From NCBI GenBank assembly GCA_963722075.1, contig CAVRJM010000001.1:576001-640000 (forward strand): a stretch of 64,000 nt of DNA. The letters run 5' to 3'. Source of the stretch: Candidatus Babeliales bacterium. Lineage in GTDB: Bacteria; Babelota; Babeliae; Babelales; JANWKD01. A program made the position numbers and the translations under genes. Below are positions 58,628-64,000 of the stretch, piece after piece. A model generated the notes under the pieces. The model saw only the letters and a list, made by a program, of their open reading frames with translations, did not search any database and was not told where the DNA came from. Position 1 is the stretch's first letter. The number at the start of each line of letters is the position of its first letter.

Positions 58628-59632
58628 TTAAATTATTTTTACCAAAAAATCTTTAAGCCGTTGGCTATAACCCCATTCATTATCGTACCAGCCAAATACC
58701 TTACCACTCGTACCATACATTTGAGTTAAGGAAGCATCAAAAATTACCGAGTTTGGATTTCCTTTAAAATCTGATGAAACTAACAATTCATCGCTATAAC
58801 CTACAATTCCTTTTAGTGAATTCTGAGAAACAGTCCTAAATAATTCATTTATGCTTGATACGGTTGCCGATTTAGTTACTTTAAAAGCAACGTCAATAAG
58901 AGATACTTTATCAATGGGTACCCGTAAAGCAACACCTTGTATCTTATCTGCCAATGCGGGTAACACCTTACTGACGCTTGTAGTAGCACCGCTACTGGTA
59001 GGTATAATATTAATTGCTGCCGCTCTTGAACGCCGTTCATCATGTACCATTACATCTAATAATACTTGAGAATTAGTATAGGCATGCACCGTAGTCATAA
59101 ACGCGTGCTCTAAAATAAGATGTTCATGTAATACATTAAGTACGGAAACTAAAGCATTTGTAGTGCAGCTTCCTAAAGAAACAATGTTATGCCGTTTTTT
59201 ATCAAATGAAGCATCATTAACCCCTGGAATAATCATAATGTCTTCATTATGCGCCGGTGCGGATATTAAAACTGATTGCGCTCCCGCTTTAATATGTTCT
59301 TCTGCTTTTGTACGGTCCGTATATTTACCAGAACAATCAACCACCCAATCAATTGCTAGTTTTTTCCATGGTAGTTCTAGGGCATTCATATGCGTAAATA
59401 TGGGAATTTTAAGATTATTTATGCATAAATGGTCATCTGCTAAACCTACTGTTCCTTCAAATTGTCCCATCAATGAATCATATTTAAAAAAATGTGGCAG
59501 CAGTTCTTTATTTGCAGGTCCAATGTTAATAGCTGCTATCGTTAATTTCTCTAATGCCTGCTTATCTGAAACTAATATACGTAATAACGTTTTACCAATT
59601 CGTCCCAACCCATTAATAGCAATACGCATCAT
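58628..59632 (-). CDS. gap: Type I glyceraldehyde-3-phosphate dehydrogenase
   Basis: IAINGLGRIG, SCTTN, TVHAYT, NIIPTSSGA, WYDNEWGYS. Confidence 0.95.
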   Translation of the reverse strand: MMRIAINGLGRIGKTLLRILVSDKQALEKLTIAAINIGPANKELLPHFFKYDSLMGQFEGTVGLADDHLCINNLKIPIFTHMNALELPWKKLAIDWVVDCSGKYTDRTKAEEHIKAGAQSVLISAPAHNEDIMIIPGVNDASFDKKRHNIVSLGSCTTNALVSVLNVLHEHLILEHAFMTTVHAYTNSQVLLDVMVHDERRSRAAAINIIPTSSGATTSVSKVLPALADKIQGVALRVPIDKVSLIDVAFKVTKSATVSSINELFRTVSQNSLKGIVGYSDELLVSSDFKGNPNSVIFDASLTQMYGTSGKVFGWYDNEWGYSQRLKDFLVKII

Positions 59633-59654
59633 TACTCTCCTTTTACTGCCCTTT

Positions 59655-60485
59655 TTATCGATTAATAAATTCTTGTACCTCAAGCACAATCTTATTTAAT
59701 TCTTCATCCGTTACAAGAGGAAGCTCCATAATAAGCGGTATTTGTTTTAATCGTTCATGATTAATCAATTGTTTTAGTGCCGCTAATCCAATAGCGCCAT
59801 TACCAGGAATATCATGCCTATCATGAAATGATCCGCATTGTTCTTGCGTATCATTAAGGTGAATAAGTACGATTGATTCAAAACCTAACACCGTTTCAAG
59901 CAATTCAATAAACGCTTTTTGACCGGATGGGTCTGCAATATTATAGCCGTAGGAATATGCATGAGCAGTATCGATGCAAAATTTAATCTTTTCTGGTTTA
60001 TCTAATTTATCACGTATAGCTGCCAGATGGGTAATATCACCACCAATAACGCGTTTATTAAACGCTACGTTTTCAAGTACCAACGTAGGATAGTCATTCT
60101 TCTTGAAAATAGTGTTAATTTTTTTTGCAATTATATCAATACCATGGTTAAAATCTTCTATATTTTCTACAGATCCAGGATGCATAATGAGATACGGTGA
60201 AGCTAATTGAGATGCAAGTTCAAGCTCTTTTTTCAAAAAATAACAACTTTCAGCATAATAAGAAACGCTCGCTAAATTTATTTTATATGAGCCATGAGCA
60301 ATAATACGAATATCAGATCGTTGCGCATGAATTTGAGATAATTCAGTTTCTTTAAATTGTATATATGATCCACATTCATAATGCGTAAGAAAAGTTTGAA
60401 ATAATGGAATATTAAGCCGCTGCGCTTGATAAATTAAGTCAAGCATCGTACCATTCATTCTAAAATTTAACCCCACGCTTCTCAT
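59655..60485 (-). CDS. nfo: Endonuclease IV (AP endonuclease 2)
   Basis: H..Y.INL, HPGS, LEN, CIDTAH, HLND, DRH, ME zinc ligands. Confidence 0.9.
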   Translation of the reverse strand: MRSVGLNFRMNGTMLDLIYQAQRLNIPLFQTFLTHYECGSYIQFKETELSQIHAQRSDIRIIAHGSYKINLASVSYYAESCYFLKKELELASQLASPYLIMHPGSVENIEDFNHGIDIIAKKINTIFKKNDYPTLVLENVAFNKRVIGGDITHLAAIRDKLDKPEKIKFCIDTAHAYSYGYNIADPSGQKAFIELLETVLGFESIVLIHLNDTQEQCGSFHDRHDIPGNGAIGLAALKQLINHERLKQIPLIMELPLVTDEELNKIVLEVQEFINR

Positions 60486-60496
60486 TATGAATTTCC

Positions 60497-61894
60497 TTAA
60501 CAAAGCTCAGCAAGACAGGAGTTATTAATATGAGGACTCATTAGATTAATAAATGTTTGCTTTATCCTTTCTAAGTGAGCTCTTGAATCTGCTTCAAAGC
60601 GTATACAAATAACTGGTTGCGTATGTGAAGGGCGTATAAGTCCCCACCCCTCTTTCATAATTACCCGAATACCATCAATAGTCATCAATTGTACCGTACG
60701 ATCATGCTCAAATGCTTTTACTATATCCGTCAAAATTAAGTTAATTTGTTGTTGATCACATGCTATTCTATATTCAGGCGTATTATATTTTTCCGGAAAT
60801 ATCGTCAATAATTGTGATAGATTCTTACCACTTTGCACGAGTATCTCAAAAAGGCGTAGCAGCGCATAGATGCCATCATCGTAACCAAAATATCTGTCCT
60901 TAAAAAAGAAATGACAACTCAATTCGCCTGCCAAGAGTGCCTTATTAATCTTCATTTGATTTTTAATAATTGCATGGCCCGAAGGAGACATAATCCATTT
61001 TGCTTGTATAGAATCTAATACTTCCGGTAAACCCGAGGAACATTTTATATCAAAAATAATGGTTGCATCAGGATTGTTTTTTATTAAATAACATGAAAAG
61101 AGTGCTAACAATTTATCACCAGCAACTATTGAACCTTCTTTGGTCATTGGCGCCATCCTATCACAATCACCATCAAGCCCGATGCCAAATTGATACGGTT
61201 TTGTTGTTATTATTTTTCTTAAATCCTGCATATTTTTTTCTACGGTAGGATCCGCTTCATGATGAGGATAGGTGCCATCAACTTCTTGATACAATAAATC
61301 AACAGATTGCCATTCCATCTGTTTAATAAGTTCAGGTAAAACCGTACCTGCAGCTCCATTGCCACAATCAATAAGCACGGGTAATTTCATACCAATTAGA
61401 TGTTTAAAATGTTCCTTAAGCCACTGTATATAAACTTCAATCATATCTATAGTTGAATAAGTACCTTTTTTATCTAATGGTACTGATTTTTTATCTTTAT
61501 ATAACTGCTTTATTTCTTGAATCTGGCTACCCCATACCGATTCCTTATTCATACATATTTTTAACCCATTATATTCTTTACCATTATGTGAAGCAGTAAT
61601 AATAATTCCTGCTTGTACCTCTAGATTAAATAAAGAAAAATAAAGTACTGGTGTTGGGCAGGTTCCTATAAAAATGACATTTATACCGCTATCAAGAAAT
61701 GCGCGAGAAAGTTCTTCTTTAATAAGTGGTGAATGGATTCTTCCATCCATACCTAAGGATACGGCCTTTAATAATGAATTTTGCTGCTTAAAAAAATAAG
61801 CCAAGGCTAATCCCAGTTGATAAGCCTCCTCTATCAACAGTTCAGACCCCACTTTACCCCGTATATCATACTGTTTGAAAATTAAATCGTTCAT
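60497..61894 (-). CDS. Phosphomannomutase/phosphoglucomutase
   Basis: YDIRG, TASHN, DGDCDR, GELSCH; AAGGAG RBS before ATG 61894. Confidence 0.93.
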   Translation of the reverse strand: MNDLIFKQYDIRGKVGSELLIEEAYQLGLALAYFFKQQNSLLKAVSLGMDGRIHSPLIKEELSRAFLDSGINVIFIGTCPTPVLYFSLFNLEVQAGIIITASHNGKEYNGLKICMNKESVWGSQIQEIKQLYKDKKSVPLDKKGTYSTIDMIEVYIQWLKEHFKHLIGMKLPVLIDCGNGAAGTVLPELIKQMEWQSVDLLYQEVDGTYPHHEADPTVEKNMQDLRKIITTKPYQFGIGLDGDCDRMAPMTKEGSIVAGDKLLALFSCYLIKNNPDATIIFDIKCSSGLPEVLDSIQAKWIMSPSGHAIIKNQMKINKALLAGELSCHFFFKDRYFGYDDGIYALLRLFEILVQSGKNLSQLLTIFPEKYNTPEYRIACDQQQINLILTDIVKAFEHDRTVQLMTIDGIRVIMKEGWGLIRPSHTQPVICIRFEADSRAHLERIKQTFINLMSPHINNSCLAELC

Positions 61895-62023
61895 AAGCTC
61901 CTTTAAAAAATACTTTATATATCTATGATACAAGAGATTAACAAAAATGAATAATGGCTTATAAAGCTTACTTTGAGCTTAATCTATCAATTTGAATCAC
62001 TTGATCGATAGCCTTTTTTGCCA

Positions 62024-62163
62024 TTTCTAACATTGTATATCACCTACAAGCATGTTAAACTACCCAACATATTAATAACTATAAATAATTATCGATTCCA
62101 ATTTTCCTAATGATTCCTTTAAAATTACATCTTAAGAATTTCTTAAGTTATGGCGATGTCTTA
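62024..62163 (+). repeat. Duplicated sbcC upstream box and first 18 codons (copy 1)
   Basis: 62024-62062 identical to 63632-63670 (39 bp); 62108-62163 matches 63717-63772 with 1 mismatch in 56 bp. Confidence 0.92.
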
Positions 62164-62355
62164 ACGATAGTAACGGGAAAACTGCCTTATGGCATGCTCA
62201 ACAATTATAACAGCATAATATTATTACACTTTTACAACAGGCTGAAGAAGGGAATCGATAAGTAATTTTATTAATTATTATTGTATTTAAGTTGTATATT
62301 GTATAATGTATAAAAAATATAACTAAAAATCACAAAAAAAAGGTGAGTAAAAAAA

Positions 62356-63456
62356 ATGAAAATAAATTTTTTGTTAAAATTTTTACTTATAGCAATTCTA
62401 AGCATTGGAAATTCTTCTTTAGCTTCAGTTTGGACTAATTGGAAAGAGTTTCCAGTAGACCCAATTTATAATCCGTATGGAACCCAAATTCTCCCTGAAG
62501 ATTATTGGCCTTTTGTTATTTTTAATAAAAATTTATTTAATGGCGATGGTGATAGATCTTTTTACAAAATGTGGCATCAAGGCCCAAATGGAATTGCTAT
62601 TTCCTATTCTATTGATGGAAGTTTTTGGCGGTTAAAAGGCGATACTACACTTAGTAATTTATTTCATCCATGTATTATTTACGATCCAAATGGTTTCGGT
62701 GGTGGGCCTTATAATTACAGAGGTTGGTTTTGGACGGGAGTCGCAGGGGTGACTCCCGACGTTATTCAATATTCTTTTTCAACCGATGGCATTAATTGGC
62801 TTACGCCACAACCTGCGATGCAAGATGCAAGTTCACCAATTGTTACAGGAATATCTCCGGGATATTTTTACCATTTATATGGTCCGGGATTTGTGATATA
62901 TAATCCAAATTCAACTTCAACGCCAGGGCAACCGTATACATTCCCCTATGTTATGTTTTTTGATACATCAACAGAAGGTACCGGGCCTGGTTTAAGCGTT
63001 GAGCAAATTGGTTTAGCTTACAGTAATGATGGAGTTACATGGACTCGCTTTGGTTCTGTACCAATTGTAATACCATCAGGAAGTGCCACTGCTTGGGATG
63101 GAAATTATGCATTTCGCCCTTCAATTATTCTAGTCCAAGGAATTTATCATATGTTTTATTCAGGTTCTAATGATCTAATTGACCCTTTAACGACGATCCC
63201 CTATGCACATGGTATTGGTCATGCTAGTTCTTCTGATGGAATAAACTGGACATTGGATCCAGACAATCCTATTTTTATTTATTCAGATGGTGTTGCATGG
63301 AGAAATAGCCGCACGTATACACCGAGTGTTCTTTTTGATCCATTTTGTACCGCTGCAGTAAGAACATGTGCTAAAATGTGGTTTGATGGTGGCCAAGGAA
63401 CGGTTGCTGGCGAAGATCAAGCTATCGGCCTTGCTACATTAACCTGTCCATACTAA
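62356..63456 (+). CDS. Secreted beta-propeller glycoside hydrolase-like protein (GH32/GH43/GH130-type fold)
   Basis: Repeated IGLAYSNDGVTW / GHASSSDGINW / FSTDGINW Asp-box motifs, KMW(F/H), signal peptide. Confidence 0.72.
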   Translation: MKINFLLKFLLIAILSIGNSSLASVWTNWKEFPVDPIYNPYGTQILPEDYWPFVIFNKNLFNGDGDRSFYKMWHQGPNGIAISYSIDGSFWRLKGDTTLSNLFHPCIIYDPNGFGGGPYNYRGWFWTGVAGVTPDVIQYSFSTDGINWLTPQPAMQDASSPIVTGISPGYFYHLYGPGFVIYNPNSTSTPGQPYTFPYVMFFDTSTEGTGPGLSVEQIGLAYSNDGVTWTRFGSVPIVIPSGSATAWDGNYAFRPSIILVQGIYHMFYSGSNDLIDPLTTIPYAHGIGHASSSDGINWTLDPDNPIFIYSDGVAWRNSRTYTPSVLFDPFCTAAVRTCAKMWFDGGQGTVAGEDQAIGLATLTCPY

Positions 63457-63466
63457 ACAAAAAATG

Positions 63467-63498
63467 TGCCGTAATAAAATAAGTTTTTGTTACGGCAG
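63467..63498. terminator. Hairpin after the glycoside hydrolase-like gene
   Basis: TGCCGTAATAAAA...TTTTGTTACGGCA. Confidence 0.55.
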
Positions 63499-63718
63499 TA
63501 ATTAAAATTGGGTCTAGACTAGAATAATTTATGTAATTATTATGGGGAACTATGATCAGGTCTTTTTTAGTTTATGTATCAGTACCATAACAGAATATTC
63601 GTATCATTGCCTATGAACTTTACTTTGTTGGTTTCTAACATTGTATATCACCTACAAGCATGTTAAACTAACCACCTAATTACTATAAAAACAATAATGA
63701 ACAATAGTTTAACGTATA

Positions 63719-64000
63719 ATGATTCCTTTAAAATTACATCTTAAGAATTTTTTAAGTTATGGCGATGTCTTACAAACGATCGATTTTACCCCCTATCAAC
63801 TGATTTGCTTGAGCGGCAAAAATGGACATGGCAAATCTGCCTTGCTAGATGCTATAACGTGGGCAATCTGGGGCCAAGCGCGCAAAATTGGCGGCGTTGC
63901 AAAACCAGATGCCCATCTCATGCGACTTGGTCAACAACAGATGCTGGTGATGTTTGATTTTGAATTTAACGGACAACAATATCGAATTCGACGAGAATTT
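63719..64000 (+). CDS. sbcC: SbcC/Rad50 SMC-family ATPase, 5' part; runs off window end
   Basis: MIPLKLHLKNFLSYGDVLQTIDF...LSGKNGHGKSALLDAITWAIWGQAR; not in the ORF track. Confidence 0.9.
   Translation, partial: MIPLKLHLKNFLSYGDVLQTIDFTPYQLICLSGKNGHGKSALLDAITWAIWGQARKIGGVAKPDAHLMRLGQQQMLVMFDFEFNGQQYRIRREF

Noticed and set aside
59163..59699. 178-aa plus-strand ORF, and similar antisense ORFs in secD, MATE, the 510-aa gene and the transposase
   Set aside because: Shadow frames opposite well-supported genes, with no recognisable motifs.

Overview
AT-rich bacterial chromosome segment. The gene content and the many lineage-specific secreted proteins suggest Candidatus Dependentiae/Babelota (TM6), intracellular parasites of protists; this is an inference, not demonstrated. 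Positions 1-21 kb are an accessory, decaying region centred on a tRNA-Val/Asn/Asp cluster. It contains signal-peptide-bearing GNAT/HIT/HAD/S41/flavoenzymes, an intact IS1202-like (ISNCY) element with a 17-bp target duplication, a toxin-antitoxin pair with a frameshifted toxin, several gene remnants (including an inverted, internally deleted copy of a Nudix gene) and a 1222-aa secreted protein. Positions 21-64 kb are mostly housekeeping genes (mreC, gatCA, rsmG, ATP-dependent ligase, plsY, pgsA, secD, serS, HU, tatD, rnhA, gap, nfo, PMM, start of sbcC, tRNA-Met/Leu/Ile2) interspersed with orphan secreted proteins. The most notable patterns are: (1) a hairpin family fused to tRNA 3' CCA ends, related to a nested palindromic MITE/REP; (2) a recurrent Met directly after predicted signal peptides; (3) a cargo gene bracketed by a duplicated sbcC upstream region and 5' end; (4) a homopolymer frameshift in gatA. 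No CRISPR array, integrase or prophage was seen. Protein calls are from motif recognition only; no searches were run.
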